Source: Thermoproteota archaeon
GTDB taxonomy: Archaea; Asgardarchaeota; Njordarchaeia; Njordarchaeales; Panguiarchaeaceae
NCBI GenBank assembly: GCA_024720975.1
Contig: JANJXX010000003.1
Location: 68,555 to 132,554 of the forward strand
Length of the DNA: 64,000 bases
Reading direction: 5' to 3'
This document shows positions 28,567 through 37,947 of this stretch, piece by piece. The translations under genes were made by a program, and so were the position numbers. Within the stretch, counting starts at the first letter, position 1; the number at the start of each line of letters is the position of its first letter. The notes beneath the pieces were generated by a model. That model had not been told where the DNA came from. It did no database searches and saw nothing but the letters and a program-made list of their open reading frames with translations.

Positions 28567-29322
28567 TCATGTCCTTCCATACTCAAGCTCAGGCATGTGC
28601 TTTTTAGCCATTCTTATTATCAACTCTCCGGTTGGCAACATTCCATGATTGTTATTAAGAAAGAAATATACTTCATCGCTAGGGTTGATCTTCTCTCGAA
28701 CTTTTACAAAAATTTCCAGGAGCTCCTCCTCTGAGTACACATGACTGTACCAGGCCGTCCTACCATGGAGTCGCATATAGAGTTTGTTTGTTGTCTTGAA
28801 TACTTGATTTACAAAGTCTGGAGCATCAACAGAAACCATCGTAGCTCCAAGATTTCTGAGCCACTTCTCCCACTTTTGATTGAACCACTCCTTATTTCTA
28901 AACTCTATCGCAAAAGTATCGCCTAAAGAGGTTTCTTGAATAAACTTCTCCAGTCTTTCTACCGCTGTTACTGTCGGTCTAAGCGATGGGGGACACTGGA
29001 AGAGGTAAAACTTTATTATACCCTCTTTTTCCATTGGTTCGAATAGACTCCTAAATTTTTTCCATAAATCAAATGCTTTCTCACCAAATCTACATCTATG
29101 TGTTATGAGTTGATTAACTTTGATTGCCCAGGCTAGCGTTCTTCCTCTTCTGGCCCAGCTCTTAGGCAGCGATGCGTGTGGAAATCTATAGAAGGACATA
29201 TTGAGCTCAATTGCATTAAACTCGACGTTCTCAATGTACCATTCAAGACTTCCGCCCTTGTTCCAGAAGTAGTTCCATCCGCTTGTTCCAACGTATAATA
29301 TCATCCAAGACACTTCATTCAC
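28567..29322 (-). CDS. DUF72 (UPF0759) family protein
   Basis: YVGTSGWNYFW...YIENVEFNAIELNMSFYRFP...W...FAIEFRNKEW...YMRLHGR...YSEEEL, the typical DUF72 layout. Confidence 0.75.
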   Translation of the reverse strand: MNEVSWMILYVGTSGWNYFWNKGGSLEWYIENVEFNAIELNMSFYRFPHASLPKSWARRGRTLAWAIKVNQLITHRCRFGEKAFDLWKKFRSLFEPMEKEGIIKFYLFQCPPSLRPTVTAVERLEKFIQETSLGDTFAIEFRNKEWFNQKWEKWLRNLGATMVSVDAPDFVNQVFKTTNKLYMRLHGRTAWYSHVYSEEELLEIFVKVREKINPSDEVYFFLNNNHGMLPTGELIIRMAKKHMPELEYGRT

Positions 29323-29385
29323 TAGAACTTTGGATTTGTATTGATTCTCTTACTAAAATTAATTTTAATGTATTGGTGATGATAT

Positions 29386-30267
29386 TTGACTACGAGATTA
29401 CAATGCGCTACGTTCTCTATAGTTGCAGCCGACGTGGAGGCCGGCCTTTGGGGAGTTGCAGTGGCCTCAAAATTTGTTGCTGTTGGTGCTTTGGTCCCCT
29501 GGGCAAAAGCTAAAGTCGGTGCTATAGCAACCCAAGCATGGGCGAACATATCATTTGGTCCGAGAGGGCTAGAACTACTCTCACAGGGATTCTCTTCTGA
29601 GGAGGTTCTTGATAAACTCCTACGTGACGACGATATGAGGGAACACAGACAAGTGGGTATAGTTGATTACTTAGGTAGAGTTGCTGCTTGGACTGGATCG
29701 CAATGCATAGCCTGGGCTGGACACGTTATTGGCGAAAATTATGTTGCCCTTGGAAACATTTTGAGAGGTCCAGAGGTTGTAGAAGCTATGGCTAAAGCCT
29801 TTGAGACAACGAAAGGAGATATAGTAGATAAGCTACTAGCAGCGCTTGAGGCTGGAGACAACGCAGGAGGTGATCGACGTGGAAAGCAATCTGCTGCCAT
29901 ACTTGTGGTGAAGGAAGGGGGTGGGTATGGAGGCTATACAGATCGATATGTAGATCTGAGAGTGGATGATCATCCTGATCCAGTAAAGGAGCTTAAGAGG
30001 ATATTTAGGATTTGGGACTTGACATTGCTTACAAGAGAAGATCCTAGCGACGTTGTAAAACTCGAGGATGTTGCAGAAAAATTACAGTTAGCACTCAGTA
30101 AGCTCGGATATTACAAGGAAGCAATCAATGGAAAGCTCACTGAGGAGACATTAAAAGCTTTGGAGGATTGGATGCTCATAAATAACTTTGAGAACAAAAT
30201 GAGAAAAGATGGTTATATTTGGGGCAGCGTTTATAGGTATCTCCTAGATCTAGCTGGCCTACATTAA
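29386..30267 (+). CDS. DUF1028 (Ntn-hydrolase fold) protein with C-terminal putative peptidoglycan-binding-like domain
   Basis: TFSIVAADVEAGLWGVAVASKFVAVGALVPWAKAKVGAIATQAW. C-terminal LQLALSKLGYYKEAINGKLTEETLKALEDWM. The TTG start gives an 8-aa extension before the expected nucleophile Thr. Confidence 0.75.
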   Translation: MTTRLQCATFSIVAADVEAGLWGVAVASKFVAVGALVPWAKAKVGAIATQAWANISFGPRGLELLSQGFSSEEVLDKLLRDDDMREHRQVGIVDYLGRVAAWTGSQCIAWAGHVIGENYVALGNILRGPEVVEAMAKAFETTKGDIVDKLLAALEAGDNAGGDRRGKQSAAILVVKEGGGYGGYTDRYVDLRVDDHPDPVKELKRIFRIWDLTLLTREDPSDVVKLEDVAEKLQLALSKLGYYKEAINGKLTEETLKALEDWMLINNFENKMRKDGYIWGSVYRYLLDLAGLH

Positions 30268-30287
30268 AACATGAAACCACTAAACCG

Positions 30288-30292
30288 TTTTT
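30288..30292 (+). terminator. T5 tract 21 nt after the DUF1028 stop (archaeal oligo-T terminator candidate)
   Basis: CCGTTTTTCTCC directly downstream of the TAA at 30265-30267. Confidence 0.3.
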
Positions 30293-30402
30293 CTCCATGA
30301 AATCTTTTAAGCCGTTTGAGCTGCTACAGGCACTTAGAACAAAAGAGAAACTAATGAAACAGAAAAATTTCTAAATACCCTTATGAACTAACATCAAGCC
30401 TC

Positions 30403-30636
30403 TTGCTTAATGGAGGCAAAATATCATCGGAAGCGGGAGGATATACCTATCTCTCGAGAAGGGCTCAGTGGTGCCCGTCGATGCAGCTCCTGATAACCCT
30501 GCTAACCAAATGAGCAGATGCTGGAGGAAAGTCCGTGTTGACAATATCTATATTCCAAAAATACCGAAAATAATAACACGGGCAGTCACAAAAAATCATA
30601 CTGCAATTCAGGATAAAGGGCATTAGCAGCTCCAGT
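30403..30636 (+). ncRNA. Candidate structured ncRNA in a 369-nt convergent spacer; contains an RNase P RNA CR-I-like 13-mer. Identity unresolved.
   Basis: A GC-rich island (about 30428-30540) sits in otherwise AT-rich DNA. GGAGGAAAGTCCG at 30523-30535. Possible helices: 30403-30412 with 30621-30629, 30521-30526 with 30630-30635, and 30531-30537 with 30577-30583. Strand and ends are guesses. Confidence 0.25.
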
Positions 30637-31953
30637 CTACTTATATGCGGAAAAGATAGGTTTTGTTTTAAGTACACGTCTATGCAACTCAAATACTACA
30701 AATCCGGCGAGAGAAATAATACTGGATACAAAAGATAAGCAGGCTATTGCAAATATTTCAACTTCGATACCACTATATCCCACACCAGAGTAGAAGCTTT
30801 TTAATGCATCCAGCAAAATTCCGGACGTTAGTATAGGTAATACACCAAAACTTAACGTTTCTACCATGTTGTATCGCCCTAAGTACTTGCCCCGAGCGTT
30901 TTCTGGAATAATATCAGCTACATAAGAGTAGGATACATTCATAAATATTACTCTATGCATACCCATCAATATGCTGACTGGAATAAACCAGATTATTTGT
31001 CTAGGAATAATATACAAGATTGGTAGGATTACACCTAAGAGAAAACCGACTCTAAGTACCGGAACCCTACCTTTTTTATCAGAAATTCTACCAATTATTG
31101 GGTTCATAGCAAATTGTGTCATAGACGATACATTACTTAGCATGCTCATTTCAAGACTTGAAGCCGAAAGAGCTATTCTTAGGTAATAGTTGAGTATCCT
31201 GAATATTGATGCAAATGCTAGAGTGCTCATAGACATTGCCAACATGAATGCATATAATACATTCTTAGCTGCAAAATCTGCGCTTTCTCCCACTGGATTT
31301 CTCCTCGTTGGTTCTACTCTTCTAGTTTCTCTGACAGCTAATGCTATCACTAGCACACTCACAAACATTATAGCTGAAGACATATAGAAGAGATAGGGAA
31401 AGCCTGCAGCTCTAGTTGGATAGTCATAAATTACGCCACCAAAGAAAACGCCAAACATTCTGCCTATGGCTTCGATGGAATATATTTGACCTACTACTAA
31501 TCCTCTTGTTTCTTTCACAGTTAGATCCGCTAAAAGAGCAGACCAAGCGACGTTGCTCATCGACCAAATACTTTCTAATATTGTCAAACCCACTATGAGA
31601 TAATACGCATATAGAGTTGGATTGTCGGTAACATCATACCCAGTAAATACACTCCACGCGTGAGGCGTGAGTAGGATAAAAAATATGCCAGCTACTGTTT
31701 CCCCGACAATAATAAACGGTTTTCTCTTTCCCATGTAGTCAGTACGAGGACCCCATATAATTGATTGCGTTATAGAATTGGCAAGCATAGGAAGAGTCAT
31801 GACAAGCATTGCTTCTGTAAAGCTTCGTTTAAGAACCTCAAGCATGTATAGGGTTAGAAATGCGTAGAATAGACCCCTTCTAACAGCCAACATAAATTGG
31901 AACGCGCCCAGACCCACAATATTTCGTTTTTCCAATTTCAGCGCCGAGGACAA
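30637..31953 (-). CDS. MFS transporter (12 TM)
   Basis: 438-aa ORF with a 12-TM profile and a loop 2-3 motif-like GPRTDYMGKRKP. Confidence 0.75.
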   Translation of the reverse strand: MSSALKLEKRNIVGLGAFQFMLAVRRGLFYAFLTLYMLEVLKRSFTEAMLVMTLPMLANSITQSIIWGPRTDYMGKRKPFIIVGETVAGIFFILLTPHAWSVFTGYDVTDNPTLYAYYLIVGLTILESIWSMSNVAWSALLADLTVKETRGLVVGQIYSIEAIGRMFGVFFGGVIYDYPTRAAGFPYLFYMSSAIMFVSVLVIALAVRETRRVEPTRRNPVGESADFAAKNVLYAFMLAMSMSTLAFASIFRILNYYLRIALSASSLEMSMLSNVSSMTQFAMNPIIGRISDKKGRVPVLRVGFLLGVILPILYIIPRQIIWFIPVSILMGMHRVIFMNVSYSYVADIIPENARGKYLGRYNMVETLSFGVLPILTSGILLDALKSFYSGVGYSGIEVEIFAIACLSFVSSIISLAGFVVFELHRRVLKTKPIFSAYK

Positions 31954-32103
31954 ACATTCACTAAGCTTACGAAAAATTCTATCGAACTTTCCGTACTCGA
32001 TAAAAATAATTATGGCACTATATCCAAACGCTTCCTACTTTTATAAATAGCATATTAATTAACATCTCTACGAAAAAAGAGCTCTATTAGTATTTCTCGA
32101 ACA

Positions 32104-32676
32104 CTATAAGAATTCTAACACTCTCCTTGGGTCTGTAGCTATGAACTTTCCTTTTCCTAGATAGTATGCCTGGCTGGCCTTGGAGACGTCGAGAGTATAA
32201 TCTTTGCTGAATAAATCCTCTCTATACCAGGCGTAAACTATTTCGCCTATAAAGAAATCATGGTCGCCAGTTCTAACAGTGTCAGTAACTTTACACTCGA
32301 GAACTACTATGCTATCAGCAATTAAAGGGGCTCTTATCTTTTCGCCATTGAAGGTTTTAATGTTAAATTTCTCAAACTTGTCAATTTTAGCTCCACTTAC
32401 GCTACCAACATCCCAAATCAGCTTGGATAATTCGAATGGAAGGAAGTTTACTCCAAATTCCCTATGTTCTGTAATCAACTTATGTGTGAATCTTTTCGGT
32501 GCTATGGATACACCATACAGCGGAGGATCCAAGGACAGGTACGTATGCCAGGACGCCGCCATCGCTGTCGCTCTTCCCGGAATACCCGCTGTTACTACCA
32601 CCGTTAATTTAGGATATGTTAGATATGCATAATTTTTGTCCTTGAATGGCTTAAGCATAGCTGCATCACCACACAC
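32104..32676 (-). CDS. Flavin reductase-like FMN-binding split-barrel protein
   Basis: LTVVVTAG....ATAMAASWHTYLSLDPPLYGVSIAPKRFTHKLI....FGVNFL. The likelier start is the internal Met (MLKPF). Confidence 0.65.
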   Translation of the reverse strand: MCGDAAMLKPFKDKNYAYLTYPKLTVVVTAGIPGRATAMAASWHTYLSLDPPLYGVSIAPKRFTHKLITEHREFGVNFLPFELSKLIWDVGSVSGAKIDKFEKFNIKTFNGEKIRAPLIADSIVVLECKVTDTVRTGDHDFFIGEIVYAWYREDLFSKDYTLDVSKASQAYYLGKGKFIATDPRRVLEFL

Positions 32677-32735
32677 TCATTGAACCTAAAATTAGTTTTA
32701 ATTTTAGATCGTATGAGATGCCTATCTTCCAAACT

Positions 32736-33890
32736 TTATGGCGGCTCATTTTGACTCAGGACAGGCTTTCCTGCAATGTACGTTTGAATTACATTCATTT
32801 CAGATCCCCTTAGGACAATAGTTTTATAAATATCACCCACGAAGGCTACATTAGGTTTCGCTAGGTCAAATACGAAGAAGTCCGCTTGATAACCGATGTC
32901 TATTATTCCAGTCTTTAATTTAAGGGCTTTGCTGGGTGTTGCTGTAACGGCAGATAGTAGCTGCTTTGGGTCAGGTGTTGCTCCTTGGATTCTAGACAAC
33001 CTGACAGCAGTTTCAAGTTCTCTAAATATATCTGGCGAATTCAACATTATATTGTCTGTCCCTAAAGCAAATGGAATGCTTAGTTCGATCGCATCAGCTA
33101 TAGGTGGCGGCTTGAGTCCTAGATATAAGTTAGCTCGAGGACAAAAAGTGATTAGCTTGTTTTTCTGAGCAAGCAAAGCTAATTCTTCGTCTTCTGCATA
33201 ATTTAAATGAATAACAAAATCAAAGTCCAAGTTCAATTCTAGGGCTCTGCTAATATCTGATACTCCAAACTTCTTGATACTTTCCTCACGCTGTTCTATT
33301 GTCTCTGAACAGTGAAATGCTAGATACTTATTCATTTCCTTTGTTTTTTCCGCGAAACTAATAAGTTCTTCATTCCGATATGCGTTAAGAGAACTCAATC
33401 CAAGACCGTCAGAAATTTCTAAGACATCCTCCACTGAGCATCCGTCAGGCCTTCCCATAGCAAATCCGTTGAGTGGAAATTTAGAAATAGCATCTCTCAA
33501 AAGCTTTACTCCTAGCACTCCACCCTCTCGAAAATCAAAGAAAGTCGTTATTCCCCTGGCAGCCATTTCTTTTAACGCCGTTACCATACCATCGACTAAT
33601 TTTTCGGGTGGTGTCTCTGAGAGGATCTTAAACTTAATGCTATCTGGCCTGGCCACAGACTCAAATATTGTCAACCCGTAGGCCTTCTCACGAGCAATAG
33701 CATCACCGATATGAGTGTGCATATTTATGAATCCAGGAACAAGTACAGCCTCCTCATAAAAGACATGAGCCTCACTTCGTTTTCCACCTATAAGTAACCT
33801 CGATATTTTGCCACTCTCAATGTAAACTAACACGTCTTTGCATAGTCTGAGGTCAGGACCTATTAGTGCGTATGTTGCACCAATAATCAC
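32736..33890 (-). CDS. Metal-dependent amidohydrolase (ATZ/TRZ/SsnA-like aminohydrolase family)
   Basis: PGFINMHTHIGD (HxH), AFHCSET, LGTDNIMLNSPD, and ADFFVFD near the C-terminus. Confidence 0.75.
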   Translation of the reverse strand: MIIGATYALIGPDLRLCKDVLVYIESGKISRLLIGGKRSEAHVFYEEAVLVPGFINMHTHIGDAIAREKAYGLTIFESVARPDSIKFKILSETPPEKLVDGMVTALKEMAARGITTFFDFREGGVLGVKLLRDAISKFPLNGFAMGRPDGCSVEDVLEISDGLGLSSLNAYRNEELISFAEKTKEMNKYLAFHCSETIEQREESIKKFGVSDISRALELNLDFDFVIHLNYAEDEELALLAQKNKLITFCPRANLYLGLKPPPIADAIELSIPFALGTDNIMLNSPDIFRELETAVRLSRIQGATPDPKQLLSAVTATPSKALKLKTGIIDIGYQADFFVFDLAKPNVAFVGDIYKTIVLRGSEMNVIQTYIAGKPVLSQNEPP

Positions 33891-33978
33891 GTTATGCTCC
33901 CCACTTATAGAACCTAAGCACTGATTGAAGGAATGAAACCTCTGCCTAAATATATCATAGCTATATTCTTAATCATTT

Positions 33979-34974
33979 ATGCAGTTTGTATTAGCCAACA
34001 AGTTTTTGGTGAATTTCATGAGAATGACCATAGATCTTCATGACAAGAGGCTTGGAGACGTCATCATTCACAATCCTAGGGATCCTGTAGATATTGGAAT
34101 AATTGGAGCACCATTTGACGGCTCAACAAGGGGTAGACCAGGCGCGCGCTTTGCTCCTAGGTGTATCAGAGAAAGCCTGTATTCTATGACTACTTTTGTT
34201 AATGATGTAGACCTAGAGAATATTCGCATCGGTGACTTTGGAGATATCGAAACGTCATTCAGCTCGGTTGAACGAAATAAGGAAGAAATATACTCAGCAG
34301 TTAGGGAGGCGCTAAGAAAGTGCAAAAGGATAATAGTAATTGGGGGAGATCACTCAATAACTGAACCAGCTTTCAAAGCCTTTAGCGAGAGTAGGGAAAG
34401 CGTAGGACTCATCGTTTTTGATGCACATCTGGATCTTAGAGATTTAAAAGCCGGAACAGTTTCTAGTGGTACCGTTATGGAAGATATTCTCAAGAATTTA
34501 GGCAATAAGATAAAGCCAGCGAACTTGGTCTATATAGGCATAAGAGATTTTGTTAATCCTAAATATTACGTCGAGAAAGCAAGAAGACTGGGGGTTAAAA
34601 TATACAAAGCACAAGATATACTTTACAGCACACCTGAAACATTTAGTGCACTACTTGAAGATGCTATAAGCAGGGCATCAGATGGCACTAATGGGGTTTA
34701 CATAAGCTTTGATGCTGATGTTATTGATTGCTCCTTTGCGCCTGGACTAAATGCTCCTAGTCCACTAGGATTAAGACCCGAACACGTTGTACAAGCACTT
34801 ACATTCTTTGGATCTAAGGACGTAGGAGCTCTTGACATTACTGAAGTTTCGCCACCCTATGATCCGACAGGAAACACGTGCAAAATTGTATCCGCATGCA
34901 TAATTGGTTTTATTGCCGGTTCGGCAAAAGTTTTAATGGAAACTCCACATAAAGTAACTAGAACTGATCAGTAG
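33979..34974 (+). CDS. Arginase-family ureohydrolase (agmatinase / formimidoylglutamase type)
   Basis: GAPFDGSTRGRPGARFAP, GGDHSIT, FDAHLDLRD, SFDADVID, DITEVSPPYD. The true start is probably an internal Met (MRMTIDL). Confidence 0.8.
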   Translation: MQFVLANKFLVNFMRMTIDLHDKRLGDVIIHNPRDPVDIGIIGAPFDGSTRGRPGARFAPRCIRESLYSMTTFVNDVDLENIRIGDFGDIETSFSSVERNKEEIYSAVREALRKCKRIIVIGGDHSITEPAFKAFSESRESVGLIVFDAHLDLRDLKAGTVSSGTVMEDILKNLGNKIKPANLVYIGIRDFVNPKYYVEKARRLGVKIYKAQDILYSTPETFSALLEDAISRASDGTNGVYISFDADVIDCSFAPGLNAPSPLGLRPEHVVQALTFFGSKDVGALDITEVSPPYDPTGNTCKIVSACIIGFIAGSAKVLMETPHKVTRTDQ

Positions 34975-35036
34975 CGATGCAATAATAGGGCATTTTTATC
35001 TCTCAATCAGAACTAAAAGATAAGAAGTGAAGGATT

Positions 35037-35462
35037 ATGAATGAAAGAATAAAGACTGGCGTGAGCCTACCAAAGGAAATCATTAGAATCCTGGACGAAT
35101 ACATGAAGCTCACTGGACTAAAAAGTAGATCAAAGGTTCTATCTGATGCCGTTTTGAATTTCATTAATGAGCAAATTTGGCTAGAGACTGAAAGGGATAT
35201 AACTGGAGTTCTCATAGTCGTCTACAATGAAAAGAGAGGAGATACTGTAAGGAGGTTCCTAGACGTCCAACACGATCATTTAGGTGAGATAGTAGCTACA
35301 ATGCATACCCATGTAACGCACGATAAATGTTTGGAGGTCATACTAGTTAAGAGTAAATCAACATATATACGCCGCCTTGTAGGAGAAATCCAGAACATCA
35401 CTGGCATTGAATACACTAAATTTGTCCCAATACCCATGCAACAGGATTCTAAGCATGACTAA
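35037..35462 (+). CDS. nikR: NikR-type nickel-responsive regulator (ribbon-helix-helix plus ACT-like metal-binding domain)
   Basis: RHH: RIKTGVSLPKEIIRILDEYMKLTGLKSRSKVLSDAV. C-domain: GVLIVVYNEK...QHDHLGEIVATMHTHVTHDKCLEVILV (His/Cys nickel ligands). Confidence 0.75.
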   Translation: MNERIKTGVSLPKEIIRILDEYMKLTGLKSRSKVLSDAVLNFINEQIWLETERDITGVLIVVYNEKRGDTVRRFLDVQHDHLGEIVATMHTHVTHDKCLEVILVKSKSTYIRRLVGEIQNITGIEYTKFVPIPMQQDSKHD

Positions 35463-35704
35463 TGGTGGAGAACTCTTTAAACATTTTTGAAATAGATGAG
35501 CTTAAAATAAACTCCACCTGTCGAATTCCTCGGCGCAGAACCTACTATGAAGACGACCCCCTGTGGATGATACGATTCTCAATAGATGACTTTTCCTAGC
35601 ACACGGACTCATGCTTGAAAAAGCTTTGACGCGAAGTGGTTTGACCCTAATAGTGACAGAAAACGTGACAAGCTCTGGAGGAAGCAAGGCTAATTAAAAC
35701 TGAT

Positions 35705-35726
35705 GTCTACGTGCACTCACGTAGAC
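35705..35726. repeat. Perfect 9-bp inverted repeat with 4-nt loop between convergent genes (possible bidirectional terminator or structured element)
   Basis: GTCTACGTG cact CACGTAGAC; every position pairs. Lies 28 nt beyond the ttuA-like stop. Confidence 0.5.
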
Positions 35727-35753
35727 TAGAATTAACCCACGGATATCTTAATT

Positions 35754-36695
35754 TCAACTGACTAACCCCAGAGTTTCCGTGTTTCGTTTGCCGGCGCTAT
35801 CTATGAGTCTACAGAAGGCACACAATTCTGTCTCGCTTTCAGTTGGAAATTCACACTTCTTGCATAAATGTGTGGGTTGCTTGAATGCGGCCATCTGCTC
35901 ACGCAGCTTAAGAATGGAACGAATAAAATTTATTTGAGACACAGGATTCGTTTTTAGTATGTGGTCCCATAGGCTCCTATACTTATGCAATGTTGCCCCT
36001 TTACTCAGAGGACAATCCTCTCCAATCACTGGAATCTTATTAAGTTCTGCGTACAATCTGTTTTCCATTTCTGATAAGTAAAACTGAGGCCTTATTTTCC
36101 CAACTAGTTTGATGTCATTTCGAGGTGGTGAAAACTCCGATTGCATCCTCAGTATCGTATACATGTCTTGAGAAAGTAAAGCCTTGAGAAGTATTGTTGA
36201 TATATCATCTATGTTATGTCCCGTGGCTAAGTAATCGAAACCACACTCATAAGCAACCTTGTTCAGCACCCATCTCTTAACAATACCACAAACAGCACAT
36301 GGAGGTCTTTTACTCACTCTAATTAGCTCAGGTATTGTGTAACCTATCTCCTTCTTGAGATCGTATACTATTAGTACGACCCCTAATTTTTTTGAGAACT
36401 CTCTCACTATCTCCTCGCTCTTTCTAGAGTAGTCGAAGATTCCTAGATTTATGTGAAATGCAGTAAAGTTAGCTCTATCATCAACTTTGCTTATTTCACT
36501 AAGCGCGTGAAGTAAGGCCATTGAATCCTTCCCGCCTGAGGTAGCTACAAGTACCTCTCCATGAATTTTATGCTTATCGAGGACTCTCCTGATCCTACCA
36601 ATATAGTATCCTTTAAAATGCTCGCCGCACAAGGATAGGTTTGCATACGGGAGACGAACTATCGCAGAACTATCACAAAATCTACACTTTTTCAA
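35754..36695 (-). CDS. ttuA: PP-loop tRNA 2-thiolation enzyme (TtuA/NcsA family)
   Basis: N-terminal zinc finger CRFCDSSA...CGEHF, PP-loop ATSGGKDS, Fe-S ligands PPCAVCGIVKR, C-terminal zinc finger CKKCEFP...CAFC. Confidence 0.75.
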   Translation of the reverse strand: MKKCRFCDSSAIVRLPYANLSLCGEHFKGYYIGRIRRVLDKHKIHGEVLVATSGGKDSMALLHALSEISKVDDRANFTAFHINLGIFDYSRKSEEIVREFSKKLGVVLIVYDLKKEIGYTIPELIRVSKRPPCAVCGIVKRWVLNKVAYECGFDYLATGHNIDDISTILLKALLSQDMYTILRMQSEFSPPRNDIKLVGKIRPQFYLSEMENRLYAELNKIPVIGEDCPLSKGATLHKYRSLWDHILKTNPVSQINFIRSILKLREQMAAFKQPTHLCKKCEFPTESETELCAFCRLIDSAGKRNTETLGLVS

Positions 36696-37013
36696 AAGCC
36701 TTCACCCTTAGTGCTTTTCTCTTCCCGATCATTTAAGTAAATCAATTTGTCAACGGTCCTCCCATGTACACGCACATGATATGCGGAATATGTGACTAAA
36801 AAATCGTTCAGAATGATTTAATGTGCAGAAGACTCATAGCAACTTAGTCTCTAGCGGTTTAATATTTAAAAAGATTTTTAATATTTGTATTCGAATCAAC
36901 AGTCGTCTAAATCTTGCTAGATCAACTGATAGATGTTTTTGAAAATTTTAAACGCCCTGAATTCCGATGCCATATGCACGAATAAGCAAGCACGGCGGGG
37001 AGAGTGATCCCCC

Positions 37014-37919
37014 TTGGAGCTTTCAGTTATAATTCCGACGCTTAATGAGGAAAAAAACATAGGTTATGTGCTCTACAAGATACCTAAGCAAGTCTGGGAG
37101 ATGGGAGAAGTCATTGTTGTTGATTCGTCAAGAGACAAAACTCCAGTTATAGCACAAAAGTTCGGTGCAAAAGTAGTGAGAACGCCTCCTAAAGGTAAGG
37201 GTCATGCCATGAAAATTGGAGCTCAGGAGGCTAGCGGGGATATTCTAGTATTCATGGATGGAGATAGAACAGATCCTCCCGAATACATACCACTAGCGGC
37301 TGAAGCTGCTAATGAATACGATGTTGTGATCTGCGCTAGAAATCCTGATCACAAACGAGGTAGCTATCGATACAGGTTATTTTCATACGTTTATATGCCC
37401 CCGCTCTGCAGGCTATTTCGCGAAATAGGCTTTGAAATACGAGGCGATCCTCTTGCCGGTTTCAGAGCTATGAGAAAAAGTATCTGGAATAAACTCAAAC
37501 TGAGATCTAACAACTTTCTCATCGAAACTGAAATGAATATCAAGATTTTGCTCCTTGGATTAAGCGTTCTAGAAATACCTATACCGACTTTGCCGAGAGG
37601 CAATGGTATCCTAAAAAGCAAATTCATCAGAAGCTTCGACCAGCAGATGCAGATCATAAGAACTCTTCTCTATCTTAAGAACTCAAACATTTTGCCCAGA
37701 TTGAGCCGAGCCAAATTTACGTTCTTAAGTGAGGAACTCCTGAATACGTTCAATGAGGAAGAACGCCTAATAATCGAAGAGGCACTTCTAGGAAGGCTAA
37801 GAGCGCATATATTCTGCTCCAAACTACCAACTCCATCAGGCTATGGTGGATACTATGGAGACTTCCTCATAAATTACATTAACTTTCAAGGATTCAATCA
37901 AAGATTGAAGATTTGCTAA
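37014..37919 (+). CDS. Family 2 glycosyltransferase (dolichyl-phosphate sugar synthase-like)
   Basis: LSVIIPTLNEEKNIG, VVDSSRDKT, FMDGDRTD (DxD); TTG start preceded by GGGGAGAGTGATCC. Confidence 0.7.
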   Translation: MELSVIIPTLNEEKNIGYVLYKIPKQVWEMGEVIVVDSSRDKTPVIAQKFGAKVVRTPPKGKGHAMKIGAQEASGDILVFMDGDRTDPPEYIPLAAEAANEYDVVICARNPDHKRGSYRYRLFSYVYMPPLCRLFREIGFEIRGDPLAGFRAMRKSIWNKLKLRSNNFLIETEMNIKILLLGLSVLEIPIPTLPRGNGILKSKFIRSFDQQMQIIRTLLYLKNSNILPRLSRAKFTFLSEELLNTFNEEERLIIEEALLGRLRAHIFCSKLPTPSGYGGYYGDFLINYINFQGFNQRLKIC

Positions 37920-37947
37920 GTTAGAAGCATCTAATTGCTACCACTCT

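Noticed and set aside
30465-30692. 75-aa minus-strand ORF in the DUF1028/MFS spacer
   Set aside because: It overlaps the MFS gene 3' end in another frame, is Cys/His-rich with no motif, and coincides with the GC-rich island that is better explained as a structured RNA or non-coding element.
30523-30900. Canonical full-length (type A, ~300 nt) RNase P RNA using CGGAC near 30820 as the P4 3' strand
   Set aside because: That would place most of the RNA inside the AT-rich C-terminal coding region of the MFS gene, which encodes a plausible TM12. No CR-II/III/IV/V motifs were seen, so only the shorter spacer-confined candidate is retained as a low-confidence finding.
35502-35687. 61-aa minus-strand ORF between nikR and the ttuA-like gene
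   Set aside because: No start context or motif and Arg/Ser-rich composition; treated as non-coding spacer.
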